The notes beneath the pieces are model-generated. The model did no database searches. It was not told the origin of the DNA and saw only the letters and a program-made list of their open reading frames with translations. 64,000 bases of DNA from Candidatus Bathyarchaeia archaeon (GTDB lineage Archaea > Thermoproteota > CALKCG01 > B24), in the NCBI GenBank assembly GCA_038870975.1, contig JAVZJD010000001.1:1001966-1065965 (forward strand), read 5' to 3'. Both the position numbers and the translations under genes were made by a program. Of this stretch, positions 10,271 through 20,762 are shown one piece after another (position 1 is the first letter of the stretch; every line of letters starts with the position of its first letter).

Positions 10271-10525
10271 ATGTGTTTGAATTCATCCCTCTTCTTTTTT
10301 ATTCTCAAACTCTTCTGGGCTTTCACAGTTATAGTTTTCAAGTTTTCATGGATTCTTCTTAAAGCTAAATGGCGGAGATGGAGAACCGTTAAAGTCTTCA
10401 GAAAACAGCTTATGAAAAGTGGAGTTCCAAGAAGAGGAGCGGTGGAAATTTCAAAAAGTTATATTTCCATAAATTTTAGAGATATCGTCCGTCTGATGCG
10501 TTCATTATCCAAGCTGCAGCAATAA
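10271..10525 (+). CDS. Small hypothetical protein with hydrophobic N-terminus
   Basis: GGTGA upstream; shares the F..L.KSG.P...AV....Y motif with the upstream gene. Confidence 0.7.
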   Translation: MCLNSSLFFFILKLFWAFTVIVFKFSWILLKAKWRRWRTVKVFRKQLMKSGVPRRGAVEISKSYISINFRDIVRLMRSLSKLQQ

Positions 10526-10547
10526 GCTTAAAAATAGAGGATATTTA

Positions 10548-12347
10548 CTAAGCTCTACAAGACTTTTTGAAGGCTTTAACAGTATTCACGTAGTTTCTTA
10601 CAGAATCTACTAAAGCGACCGCGAAGAGTATGATGAAGATTATGAAAACCGAAGACTGTACGTAGGCTACCGTTGTTCCCATGGGTAGAAGTTCATATAC
10701 TACTTTCAAAACTCCACCATGAATGGAGGCGGAGGCAAAGACTAGTATAGGCCAAAACGTAATGAGGCCATAGAGAGGATTGTAATGTTTAAGCACGTAT
10801 GATGTTGCAACAAGTAGACCTATGCATGCCATCAATTGGTTGCACATTCCAAACATAGGCCATATCACGCTTATAGTTCCAGTGTAAAGTAGATAGGCCC
10901 ATGCAAATACCATAAAGATGGTTAAAACAATCGTGCTAAGCCACCACTTATAAGCTTTTGTAGGTTTTATTCCTAAAGCGTCCTGCAAGAAATACCTTCC
11001 CATACGTGTACCATGATCCATGATTGGCATTATAAATACGCCTATGTATACTATTGCTATTTGATACCAATACACTATGGTTGCGTCTAGGCCAAATAAG
11101 CTGGAGAGGATCTTCGCTATACCGACACTTAGAGAGGTTACACCGCCTGTTCTTCCCTGAAGATTCATACCTATTAACTCTGAAATCCTCTTCAACTCCA
11201 CAGGTTCCATTCCAAGTGTGGCATAAACTTTGGGAGACGTATTAATGGCAAAATAATCTCCTGGAGCTAACATGCAAGCTAAACATAAAGCCACAACCGC
11301 TATAGCGCTCTCCAGTAGCCAGCCACCATATGCAATAGCTCTTATATCGGTTTCTTTAGATAGAAGCCTCGGTGTTACGCTTGAACAGCAGAGACTATGC
11401 CAGCCTGATATAGCTCCACACGTAATAGTTATAAAGAGAAACGGCCAAAGTGCTCCTGAAATCACAGGCCCTCCTTTGAAGCTGTATTCTGTGACTGGAG
11501 GTATTTCCAGAGTTGGATGTGCAAGGAATATAGCTACCACAAGCAAAATGACGAATGCAATCTTCATAAGTCCACTTAAATGGTCTCTGGGAGTTAACAG
11601 TATATGGATAGGTAGTATGGAAGCAATTGAAGAGTATAAGGCTATTAGAATTATCAAGGCTCCTCTATCTAAGTCGAAAATCTTAAGTAGCCATGTGTGT
11701 TGAAACATTCCTGCGGTGAAAAATAAAGCCATTAGTATGGCTAGACCTATTACCGACGCTTCGAAAGTCCTCATCCTCCTGATCCACCTCGTATATACAT
11801 ATATGAGAATTGAAATCGGAATGGTCATCATAACGGTGAACGTAGCCCAAGGATTATGTTCAAGCGCATTTATAAGGCCCATGCCCATACCTGAGATGGC
11901 GACAATAGCCATGAAGAATGTTGCCAATGTTATGGTGATCCAACTTAACCGCCCTAACTCCTTCCGTGCGATTTCTCCAATAGACTTTCCACCATTTCTG
12001 ACAGATAGGAGCATAACCATAAAGTCGTGTACTCCACCAGCTAGACACGTAGCTATCAGTATCCATATTATGCACGGAAGCCAACCATATTGAGCGGCTA
12101 AAGTAGGTCCTAAAAGGACACCAGCGCCTGCTATCGTTGCGTAATGATAAAATAGGACTACCCATTTATTCGTAGGTACGTAGTCCCTTCCATCATTAAA
12201 CTTTACAGCTGGTGTCGGGTTTCTATCGTCCAGCTTAGCAATCTTTGCGGCTAGAAACTTTGAGTAAAACTGGAAACCTAATGCAAATACAAATACAGCC
12301 AATGCCATTAGAATGGCTGAATTCAACAACATCACTCTTGAGAACAT
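10548..12347 (-). CDS. cstA: Carbon starvation protein CstA family transporter
   Basis: TPA...NDG.DYVPT; HYATIAGAG..LGP; FITITCGAISGWHSL; IWPMFG..NQL. Confidence 0.93.
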   Translation of the reverse strand: MFSRVMLLNSAILMALAVFVFALGFQFYSKFLAAKIAKLDDRNPTPAVKFNDGRDYVPTNKWVVLFYHYATIAGAGVLLGPTLAAQYGWLPCIIWILIATCLAGGVHDFMVMLLSVRNGGKSIGEIARKELGRLSWITITLATFFMAIVAISGMGMGLINALEHNPWATFTVMMTIPISILIYVYTRWIRRMRTFEASVIGLAILMALFFTAGMFQHTWLLKIFDLDRGALIILIALYSSIASILPIHILLTPRDHLSGLMKIAFVILLVVAIFLAHPTLEIPPVTEYSFKGGPVISGALWPFLFITITCGAISGWHSLCCSSVTPRLLSKETDIRAIAYGGWLLESAIAVVALCLACMLAPGDYFAINTSPKVYATLGMEPVELKRISELIGMNLQGRTGGVTSLSVGIAKILSSLFGLDATIVYWYQIAIVYIGVFIMPIMDHGTRMGRYFLQDALGIKPTKAYKWWLSTIVLTIFMVFAWAYLLYTGTISVIWPMFGMCNQLMACIGLLVATSYVLKHYNPLYGLITFWPILVFASASIHGGVLKVVYELLPMGTTVAYVQSSVFIIFIILFAVALVDSVRNYVNTVKAFKKSCRA

Positions 12348-12486
12348 ATACTTTGTAAGGTTTATTTAAACATTATGTTAATATTTAATTAACATAATGT
12401 GGAGGTGTCTAGTAAATATTAAGGGGTTTATTTTTATATGTAGTAATTAAAAAATTTGGCGTAGAATAGTTTCGTTCTTTACATTC

Positions 12487-13275
12487 TTAGCGTGTTATAC
12501 TGTTGAAGATCTGCATGCTTTCCTCTTGTGCCTCTGTAATGAGTTTTAAGCCGTCATTGAACTTGCCGACTTTTAATAAAGCTTCCCCCGTTTCAAGCTT
12601 TCTTCTAGATTCGGCTGCTAACTCTGATCTCCCTCGTCGTACTACCCCCTCTATAGCCTCTCTAGTGAGGTAGATTATTTCATCAGCCATCCCATACTTC
12701 ATGTAGGGTAGAGACTCATAGTAAGCTATTCTCTCAGCCAAATCTGAGAAAGGTTGAGGCTTTAACTTTGCCAGCCATCTGCCTCTGACTCTAGCTTCGA
12801 CGAGTGCAACATCTAAGTTGTACCGTGTTACAGGTAGTGGGTTTATTGGACGGAAGCCTAAGATTATAAGCCATCTACAGATGTCCTGTAAAGCTAATAT
12901 GCATCCTTTACCCGTACCGCCAGCTACAGCCACGGCTAAAGCTGGCTTTCCAGATTCTCCATAGTATCTCATTCTATCCATAAAGTCTTTAGCTAAACCG
13001 TTAACTGATAGAAAGTAGACTGGTGCTATAAAAGCTAGGGCATCATTATCGTTAAGCTTTCTCCTAAGCTCAAGAGTATCGTCTCTCACTCTACACGCCA
13101 TCTTCTGCCAGCAAGGAGGTTGTTCACATGCAAGGCATGGACCAATACGCTTCTCAGCCAAGGTTATAAGCTCAACTTCACTATCAACCTCTTTAACACC
13201 CTCAGCAACTTCTCTAGCGAGCTTCATGCAAAGCCCATCTCTATGTGGGGAACCTGATACTATTAAGACCCTCAT
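12487..13275 (-). CDS. Flavodoxin-fold / iron-sulfur flavoprotein family
   Basis: SGSP..DG; CLACEQPPCWQKMAC; APVYF...KDFMDR. Confidence 0.85.
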   Translation of the reverse strand: MRVLIVSGSPHRDGLCMKLAREVAEGVKEVDSEVELITLAEKRIGPCLACEQPPCWQKMACRVRDDTLELRRKLNDNDALAFIAPVYFLSVNGLAKDFMDRMRYYGESGKPALAVAVAGGTGKGCILALQDICRWLIILGFRPINPLPVTRYNLDVALVEARVRGRWLAKLKPQPFSDLAERIAYYESLPYMKYGMADEIIYLTREAIEGVVRRGRSELAAESRRKLETGEALLKVGKFNDGLKLITEAQEESMQIFNSITR

Positions 13276-13351
13276 CCATAAACACCTCTACAAAATAGTA
13301 CCAATTAGTATTAAAGACTTAAATTCAACTTGAACGCCGTGTTGATCTTGA

Positions 13352-15172
13352 TTGGTCTACTGGTGTCTAGACTGCAACGTTCCCCTCATAGCTGAAAATT
13401 GCTCATCGTGTAGAAGTAGAGGAGTAGAAGTTAGGCTTTTCCGTCCTGAAGATCCTAGACCTGCTTTAAACCACGACTTAAATGTTCTTAGAGATGCTGT
13501 AGAATCTGAGTTTGGAGTAGGAGCTTTCAGGAAAATACTGTGTGGTGGTGTTATTCTTCTAAATAGGGTTCCTTACGCCGATGTGGGATATGAAGTTGTT
13601 GGAGACGGTTATATTCTGGGGGATCTATTCTACGATATTAGTCTTCTTAAATGGAGGTTTAAACCCGTTAAAGTTGGTTGCCTAAAGCTTGTTGAAAGTG
13701 GATGCATGGAATCTGTTAGAGTTGATGGCGAGCTTATTAAGGGTCGAGAGATTCATTCAAAGGTCGTAGACCGTGGATATGTAGCCATTAAAGATCAAAA
13801 TGGAGAAGTCGTAGGGGTTTCTGAACAGATGGGAAATCGTTTAAAAATTTTAAACTTGTGGAAGCCACTTGGAGGTGTTGAAAATAGGAGGAGAAGCAGT
13901 CTTCTAGACGCTTTAAAAGCGAATGAGGATGCTCTTTTCTCAGTAGAGTCTAAGGGGGCAGCTTCTCTATATAAGAGATGTAAGAGATTTGAATGGGATG
14001 TCGCTCTATCTTTCTCAGGTGGTAAAGACAGTCTTGTAAGTTTGAATTTAGCTCTCGAAGCAAATTTAGAGCCTGTAATAGTTTTCACAGATACGGGTGT
14101 TGAACTACCGGAGACTGTTTTAAACGTTTACGATGTTTCCTCAAAGTTCGGACTTAAATCGTTTGAAGCGGAAGCCAGAGATGCGTTTTGGAAGGGGTTT
14201 GAACTTTACGGTCCACCTGCCAGAGGATATAGGTGGTGTTGTAAAACCTGTAAGTTAATACCAACAGTTAAACTATATAAGAACGTGTTTAAAGGAAGGG
14301 TTTTAACGATTGTTGGACAGAGGGCTGCAGAGTCTAGAGCTAGACGTAAGAGAGGGGACATATGGGTAAACTACTGGATACCTAACTGTTTGAATATGAC
14401 GCCGATCAACGACTGGACTATGTTACACGTTTGGCTGTACATATTCTACAAAAAGCTTGAAAGTCTTGTAAACCCGCTATACTTTAAAGGATTAGATAGA
14501 ATTGGATGCTACACTTGCCCCTACTGTAATCTAGCAGAGTTTCAAGATGTTAAACGTCTACATCCTGAACTATGGGCTCGATTAAATGAGAAGATTGAAG
14601 AATGGGCTTTTAAAAACGGTTTTAACGATGACTATGTGAGGTTTGCATTATGGAGATGGAGGAAGACTCCGAGGAGGATCGAGAAATTAACGGGTTTATC
14701 GTTTAAAGATGTCACTCGTACTTCTCTTAAAATTGAACTAGTTGAAGTCGATAAAGACGTTTTAACCCTTAAGCTCAATAGCTCAATAATCCTTGATAAA
14801 ATCTTAACACTTTCACCGACTATTGGAGGACTTGAGAAAACTTCAGAAAATGTGTTGGAGAGAAAAGAGGGAGGTGTCTTAGTACGCCTGTATTCTAATG
14901 GTGTAGTAGAAGCTCACGGTGTTGAATACTTCAACCTCAGACCTCTAATTAAGGTGTTAAGTCTTGTGTCGAGGTCTACATTATGCTGTAGATGCGGCTC
15001 ATGCGTCTACTGGTGTAGGAAAGAAGCCGTAAAATTGGTTTACGACCATATAAGCGTAGATGCTTCGCGTTGTGATGGCTGTGGACTATGCACAGATAAG
15101 TGTCCCTCTGCCGTCTACTTTATAGAGGAAAATCTCCAGGTACTAGTTAAAGCCGTCTATAGGAAAAATTGA
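13352..15172 (+). CDS. PAPS-reductase-family protein with N-terminal Zn knuckle and C-terminal ferredoxin domain
   Basis: SFSGGKDS, RWCCKTCK, GQRAAES..R, RIGCYTCP; CCRCGSCVYWC and CDGCGLCTDKCP. Confidence 0.9.
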   Translation: MVYWCLDCNVPLIAENCSSCRSRGVEVRLFRPEDPRPALNHDLNVLRDAVESEFGVGAFRKILCGGVILLNRVPYADVGYEVVGDGYILGDLFYDISLLKWRFKPVKVGCLKLVESGCMESVRVDGELIKGREIHSKVVDRGYVAIKDQNGEVVGVSEQMGNRLKILNLWKPLGGVENRRRSSLLDALKANEDALFSVESKGAASLYKRCKRFEWDVALSFSGGKDSLVSLNLALEANLEPVIVFTDTGVELPETVLNVYDVSSKFGLKSFEAEARDAFWKGFELYGPPARGYRWCCKTCKLIPTVKLYKNVFKGRVLTIVGQRAAESRARRKRGDIWVNYWIPNCLNMTPINDWTMLHVWLYIFYKKLESLVNPLYFKGLDRIGCYTCPYCNLAEFQDVKRLHPELWARLNEKIEEWAFKNGFNDDYVRFALWRWRKTPRRIEKLTGLSFKDVTRTSLKIELVEVDKDVLTLKLNSSIILDKILTLSPTIGGLEKTSENVLERKEGGVLVRLYSNGVVEAHGVEYFNLRPLIKVLSLVSRSTLCCRCGSCVYWCRKEAVKLVYDHISVDASRCDGCGLCTDKCPSAVYFIEENLQVLVKAVYRKN

Positions 15173-15251
15173 ACCCTATGGGAATCTTTAAAACTTTTAA
15201 GTGAGGAGTAGCCTAGTAAACTACGTTCAAAATCTAAGGAGATGATATTTA

Positions 15252-15806
15252 ATGTGGGAAATCTTTTGGCTTGGCAGAGCTGGTCAAGGAGTCATAACCG
15301 CTAGTCATATTCTATCTGCGGCTGCCATCCTAGAGGGGAAACATGTCCAGGCATTCCCACAATTTGGCGCTGAGAGACTCGGCGCACCCGTGAGAGGATA
15401 CACTAGGATAAGCGATGAACCCATAGAAATACACAGTTCCATATCCAAGCCTGATGTTGCCGTCATAATGGACACAAATCTTTTAAGAGACTTAGTTAGG
15501 AATGGAAGCTTACCAGACGCTAAGATTCTAGTGATTAACAACAGTGGAGACGAACAACTCGCGAAGCAGGTTCGAAGCCTGAAATCTAACGTGTGGGCTG
15601 TTAACGCCACTGGGATATCTATGAGTATATTTGGTAGAGTTGTGGTTAATACCCCTATGGTGGGTGCCTTGGTTAAAGTCGCGCCAATTGTTTCTCTCAA
15701 AGCCGTTGAAGAAGCTGTTGTAGAGAGGTTTAAAGAGGTTCTTGGCGCGAGAAACGTTGAAGCAGTACGTAGAGCATATGAATCTGTGGAGGAGGTTAAA
15801 CCATGA
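15252..15806 (+). CDS. porG: Pyruvate/2-oxoacid:ferredoxin oxidoreductase gamma subunit
   Basis: GRAGQGV; FPQFGAERLGAP; NTPMVGA. Confidence 0.92.
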   Translation: MWEIFWLGRAGQGVITASHILSAAAILEGKHVQAFPQFGAERLGAPVRGYTRISDEPIEIHSSISKPDVAVIMDTNLLRDLVRNGSLPDAKILVINNSGDEQLAKQVRSLKSNVWAVNATGISMSIFGRVVVNTPMVGALVKVAPIVSLKAVEEAVVERFKEVLGARNVEAVRRAYESVEEVKP

Positions 15807-16069
15807 GTAAATACGACGTAATAATGGGCGCGGTTATACCTAAACCTAGAAGCTCTATCGAAAATAAAACCGGCGGATGGAGAACCAAAAGGCCGGTTAT
15901 CGACGTAGAGAAGTGTGTAAACTGTCTAATATGTTGGATCTACTGCCCGGATGCAAGCATAATCAGGCTTGAAAAGTACGTTGCGGTAAACTACGACTAC
16001 TGTAAGGGATGCGGTATATGTGCTGAAGAATGTCCTAGGAAAGCCATAACGATGGTAGAGGAGGTTTGA
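15803..16069 (+). CDS. porD: Pyruvate/2-oxoacid:ferredoxin oxidoreductase delta subunit
   Basis: KTGGWRT.RP; two 4Fe-4S motifs. Confidence 0.95.
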   Translation: MSKYDVIMGAVIPKPRSSIENKTGGWRTKRPVIDVEKCVNCLICWIYCPDASIIRLEKYVAVNYDYCKGCGICAEECPRKAITMVEEV

Positions 16070-16072
16070 CAA

Positions 16073-17254
16073 ATGGGTAGACGTATGGGTTTAACGGGGA
16101 ATGAGGCTATAGCGTACGCTGTTAAACAGTGCGACGTAGGGCTCGTATCAGCCTATCCGATAACGCCCCAGACTATAATAGTTGAAAGGATAAGCGACTA
16201 CATTGCCAACGGGGAGATAGATACAGAGTTTGTATGCGTAGAGTCTGAGCATTCAGCACTTTCAGTATGCATCGGTGCCAGTTTAACTGGTTTAAGAGTA
16301 TTCACTGCCACGGCCAGCCAAGGCTTAGCTTTGATGCACGAAGTCCTCTACGCGGCCTCTGGGTTGAGATGCCCAATAGTTATGGCTGTGGCTAATAGAG
16401 CTCTATCTGCACCGTTAAATATACACTGCGACCACTCAGATATGATGGGGTCTAGAGACTGCGGTTGGATTCAAATATTTGCAGAGAACGTTCAAGAAGC
16501 TTATGATTGGACTATTCAATCGTTTAAGATAGCTGAGCACCCCAATGTTCAGCTTCCTGTAGCCGTTAACATAGATGGATTCACCTTGACTCACTGTTTA
16601 GAAGACATAGATGTCTTAGAGAAGGAGACCATTGAAAAGTTTCTACCCCCTAGGAAACCCATATACCGAATAGACCCTGAGAATCCCATGACCTTCGGAG
16701 CGTGGACTATGCCTGAGTATTACTATAAGTTTAAACTCCAACAGCAGGAAGCTATGGAGAATAGTATTAAAGTGATTAAACAGGTAACAGATGAATACGG
16801 TGAACTCACGGGTAGAAAATACGGAGTAATCCAAAGCTACGGCTTGGAAGATTCGAAAGTAGCTATTATGGCCCTTGGGAGTACATGTGGAACATTAAGA
16901 CACGTCGCCAAGTCTCTAAGGAAGACCGATGGTCTTAAAGTAGGGGTTATAAAGCTTTGGCTATATAGGCCTATACCTGAAGACGACCTTCTATCGATAT
17001 TTGACAACTTAAAGGCTTTAATAGTCTTGGATAGAGCATTAAGCCCTGGAGCCGTCTTCGGGCCTCTCGGAAGCGACATTGCTTCAATAATCGTTAAACG
17101 GGATTTAGACCTTAAGCTTCTAAACTACACCTATGGTCTTGGTGGAGACGAGGTCTCCCTAGAACTTGCTGAAAGGCTTCTTAAATTAGCTATGAAAATA
17201 TCGGAAGGCGTTAAACCTCCGAGTTTAACTGGATATTTAAAGGAGGTGGTGTGA
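16073..17254 (+). CDS. porA: Pyruvate/2-oxoacid:ferredoxin oxidoreductase alpha subunit
   Basis: AYPITPQT, VESEHSA, TASQGL..MHE. Confidence 0.95.
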   Translation: MGRRMGLTGNEAIAYAVKQCDVGLVSAYPITPQTIIVERISDYIANGEIDTEFVCVESEHSALSVCIGASLTGLRVFTATASQGLALMHEVLYAASGLRCPIVMAVANRALSAPLNIHCDHSDMMGSRDCGWIQIFAENVQEAYDWTIQSFKIAEHPNVQLPVAVNIDGFTLTHCLEDIDVLEKETIEKFLPPRKPIYRIDPENPMTFGAWTMPEYYYKFKLQQQEAMENSIKVIKQVTDEYGELTGRKYGVIQSYGLEDSKVAIMALGSTCGTLRHVAKSLRKTDGLKVGVIKLWLYRPIPEDDLLSIFDNLKALIVLDRALSPGAVFGPLGSDIASIIVKRDLDLKLLNYTYGLGGDEVSLELAERLLKLAMKISEGVKPPSLTGYLKEVV

Positions 17255-18180
17255 AAATGGTTACAATAAAAGAAGTTCCGTTAGAAGAGTATTGGGGTCC
17301 TGGGCACAGCGCGTGTGCTGGATGTGGTCCATCAATAACCATTAGGCTAATACTGAAAGCTCTAAGAGGGCCGACTGTGGTTGTTACACCGACTGGCTGT
17401 ATGGAGATTGTATCAAGCTCCTATCCGCAGACTGCTTGGGGTGTACCCTGGGTTCACGTGCTTTTCGAAAATGCTGCCGCTGTAGCCTCGGGAATAGAGG
17501 GAGCGTATAAATACATGGCTAAAAAGGGCCTTCTCGATAAAAAAGTTGACGTTGTCGTAATAGGTGGTGATGGGGGGACTTTTGACATAGGTATACAGGC
17601 TCTTTCTGGCGCTTTAGAGAGGTGGCATAAGTTTACATACATATGTTATGACAATGAGGCCTACATGAATACTGGGATTCAAAGGTCTGGTGCAACGCCT
17701 AAGGGCGCGGCTACGACCACCAGTCCAGCAGGGGAAGTGGTACCGGGTAAGCTAGAGTATAAGAAGAACCTAATAGAGATAGCTGTCGCACATCGCATAC
17801 CATACGCCGCTACTGGTACAATAGCCTATTGGAGCGACTTGATGGAGAAAGTACGTAAATCCTTAGAAGCAGACGGACCTGCTGTTCTACACTTTTTAGC
17901 ACCATGCCCACTGGGTTGGAGGTTCGACCCATCCCAGACTGTTAAATTGTCTAGGCTTGCTGTTCAAACTAGATACTTCCCAATATACGAAGTTGAGAAT
18001 GGAGCCTACAAGTTGAATGTTAAAGTCTTAAAACCTCTGCCAGTTGAAGAGTTTCTAAAGCCTCAAGGTAGGTTCAGACACTTATTCACTCCGAAGTTTA
18101 AATACGTTATAGAGGATATTCAAAAAAATGTAGATGAAAACTGGAAGAAGCTTCTAGAAAAATGTGGCGTGAGAGAATAG
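17251..18180 (+). CDS. porB: Pyruvate/2-oxoacid:ferredoxin oxidoreductase beta subunit
   Basis: GHSACAGCG; TPP motif GGDGG...DNEAYMNTG; PCPLGW. Confidence 0.95.
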   Translation: MKMVTIKEVPLEEYWGPGHSACAGCGPSITIRLILKALRGPTVVVTPTGCMEIVSSSYPQTAWGVPWVHVLFENAAAVASGIEGAYKYMAKKGLLDKKVDVVVIGGDGGTFDIGIQALSGALERWHKFTYICYDNEAYMNTGIQRSGATPKGAATTTSPAGEVVPGKLEYKKNLIEIAVAHRIPYAATGTIAYWSDLMEKVRKSLEADGPAVLHFLAPCPLGWRFDPSQTVKLSRLAVQTRYFPIYEVENGAYKLNVKVLKPLPVEEFLKPQGRFRHLFTPKFKYVIEDIQKNVDENWKKLLEKCGVRE

Positions 18181-18189
18181 ATGTTGGAT

Positions 18190-19857
18190 TTAATCTGAAG
18201 TCTCTTCTTCTTTTTCTTTTTCTCCTGGAGTCTTTGGCGGCTTCTCTTCTTTAATTTTGCCAGCAGCTATAACGTCGTCTATTCTAAGTATACTTGTTGC
18301 TGCTTCAACTGCAGACTTTATAATCTGCTCTTTAACTGCTAGAGGCTCTAAGACTTCAAGGTTATACATGTCTGCAGTCTTCCCACTTAAAACATCTATG
18401 CCATACCATATTTTGCCTTTCTCATGGCTAGCTCTAAGCTCCGCAATAGCGTCAATAGGCTCTAAGCCTGCGTTTTCAGATAAGACTGACGGTATTACCT
18501 CTAAGGCTTCAGCGAACTTGAGAACGGCAAGCTGCTCTTTACCTGATAGGCTTTCAGCCCATCTTCGTATTCTAAGGCTTAGCTCAAGCTCTGGAGCACC
18601 ACCACCAGCTACTATTGCAGGATTCTGTACGACGTCTTTAACAACGCAGAGAGCATCGTGAATACTTCTCTCAGCTTCCTCAACGACTTTATCAGCTCCA
18701 CCCCTTATCAGAATAGTGACGCTCCTAGGATTCTTACAACCTTCTATGAAGACCCACTTATCCTCTCCCACTTTACGCTCTTCAACTAGTGTCGCATATC
18801 CGAGGTCTTCAGGCTTCAAATCCTCAATGTCTGTGACTATTCTAGCTCCAGTAGCTCTTGACAGCTTCCTCATATCTGACTCTTTAACTCTTCTAACAGC
18901 TAATATACCTCTCTTAGCTAAGAAGTGCTGAGCCATATCGTCTATACCTTTCTGACATACTACAACGTTGGCACCAGTATCGGCTATCTTATCAACCATA
19001 TTCTTAAGCATCTTAGTTTCCTGCTCTAAGAATGCTCTTATCTGGTCTGGCCTCTCTATCTGGATTTTCGCATCTATCTCTGTCTTCTCTATCTCAAGAG
19101 GGCAGTTTAAAAGGGCTATCTTAGCCTCTTTAACGGTCTTAGGCATGCCGGGGTGGACAACCTCCTTATCTAGAACTATGCCCTGAATAAGCTTTGTAGC
19201 TGTTATATCTTCACCAGCTTTCTTCTCAACTTTCACATCGTCTAAGTCAACTCTATAGCCTTCTTCAAACTTCTCAGCCACTTGGAGGATTGCATCTACT
19301 ACGAGGTTGGCGAGAAACTCCTTGTTTTCAGCTATAGCCTTCGTACCCAGAGAAGTCATAGCTACTTTCTTTAAAACCTCCTTATCCTCGGGTTCCACCT
19401 TAATGGCGATTTCCCTTAAAATTTCAAGGGCTTTGCTAGCGGCAGCCTCATAGCCTTCAGTTATAACACTTGGATGAATGTTTAAATCCAGTAAATCTTG
19501 AGCTTTCGAGAGGAGTTCACCCGTAAGAACTACCACCGAAGTCGTTCCATCACCAACTTCGTTGTCTGTAGCTTTAGCTATTTCAACCATCATTTTAGCC
19601 ACAGGGTGTTGCACATCCATCTCCTTAAGAATAGTAGCTCCATCGTTTGTTATGGTGACATCGCCTAAGCTATCCACAATCATTTTATCCATGCCCTTAG
19701 GACCGAGAGAAGTTTTAATCATTTCAGCTACAGTTCTGGCGGCCATTATGTTGGTCGATAGAGCCTCTCTACCTCTTGTTCTAGTCGTCCCCTCTTTAAG
19801 AATCAATACTGGTTGACCGCTTTCAGTAACAACCGGTATCGCTTCCATAGCCGTCAT
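18190..19857 (-). CDS. ths: Thermosome (group II chaperonin) subunit
   Basis: [32 protein letters not shown]. Confidence 0.97.
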   Translation of the reverse strand: MTAMEAIPVVTESGQPVLILKEGTTRTRGREALSTNIMAARTVAEMIKTSLGPKGMDKMIVDSLGDVTITNDGATILKEMDVQHPVAKMMVEIAKATDNEVGDGTTSVVVLTGELLSKAQDLLDLNIHPSVITEGYEAAASKALEILREIAIKVEPEDKEVLKKVAMTSLGTKAIAENKEFLANLVVDAILQVAEKFEEGYRVDLDDVKVEKKAGEDITATKLIQGIVLDKEVVHPGMPKTVKEAKIALLNCPLEIEKTEIDAKIQIERPDQIRAFLEQETKMLKNMVDKIADTGANVVVCQKGIDDMAQHFLAKRGILAVRRVKESDMRKLSRATGARIVTDIEDLKPEDLGYATLVEERKVGEDKWVFIEGCKNPRSVTILIRGGADKVVEEAERSIHDALCVVKDVVQNPAIVAGGGAPELELSLRIRRWAESLSGKEQLAVLKFAEALEVIPSVLSENAGLEPIDAIAELRASHEKGKIWYGIDVLSGKTADMYNLEVLEPLAVKEQIIKSAVEAATSILRIDDVIAAGKIKEEKPPKTPGEKEKEEETSD

Positions 19858-20096
19858 AATATCATCACCTAAAAACTTCAGTGAAGAAAAGAGAAATATA
19901 AAGATTTATCCAAAAAGACCCGCATTTCACAGTGAAATACCCGAAATAATTCTCAATTTTCCCAGTATGCGGTTAAACAGCTTAAAAATCGTTAGAAGCA
20001 ACTATCTAATGGATAAGCTCTACACACGCCAACTAGAGTATATTGTTAAATGGACTCTACTTGCTGGCGACTCTAACTACAGGAGGGGATGGCGTT

Positions 20097-20681
20097 TCAT
20101 TTTTTCTCGAGTTTAGACTCTGTTTTCGCAGGAACTGTTTTAGACTTTGAGAGTCTGAATGTCTGTCTATCCCTCTCAACTTCTATCCTAAGGGGTACGT
20201 TCCTAATAGTTGTTGAAAGCTTTTTAACAGTTTCAAAGTCTATGGGAGCCTTTCTACCAGCGTAAGAGACTACAACTTTAACTTCAGTAGTTCCATCTGG
20301 AAGCCATATCCTGTTGATAGTTCTTATGCTTGCAGGTGCAAATAACTCTTCTAAGAATTCTCTGAGGCTACTTCTATAGCTTAAAACTCTAACCTTCTTT
20401 CCGAATATTTCTCCAAGCTCCTTAATGGCTCTACCGCCTTTAGAAATAAGCTTTGCTACGTCCTTCTGCTCAACTAAGACGGCTAGAACGTCGTCAACTA
20501 TGTAAGCTTTATAAAAAGTAACATCTTGAAGCAATTGGCGATGTTGAGTTTCAAGTTTCAGGAGAGCTTTCGCCACCTCTATATCCAGCTCTGAAATAAT
20601 GCCTGTTTTAAGTTTCTCCTCACAGCTTGAGCACAATATCCCAGTTTTTAAGTCGAAGAGGCATACCGGTGTCTTAACCAC
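20097..20681 (-). CDS. Archaeal NusA-like KH-domain protein with N-terminal Cys cluster
   Basis: PVCLFDLKTGILCSSC; LISKGG..IKEL; NRIWLPDG. Confidence 0.75.
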   Translation of the reverse strand: MVKTPVCLFDLKTGILCSSCEEKLKTGIISELDIEVAKALLKLETQHRQLLQDVTFYKAYIVDDVLAVLVEQKDVAKLISKGGRAIKELGEIFGKKVRVLSYRSSLREFLEELFAPASIRTINRIWLPDGTTEVKVVVSYAGRKAPIDFETVKKLSTTIRNVPLRIEVERDRQTFRLSKSKTVPAKTESKLEKK

Positions 20682-20762
20682 ATCTACCTACCTTCCATAT
20701 TCCTTTATCTATGAGAGGATTTTACTTAATAAATGTATTTCGCTTGAATAGACGGATTGACA

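Noticed and set aside
13352-15172. PAPS-reductase-like gene as DndC (phosphorothioation) or assimilatory sulfate reduction
   Set aside because: No dnd or sulfate-activation neighbours; the architecture matches the common archaeal family
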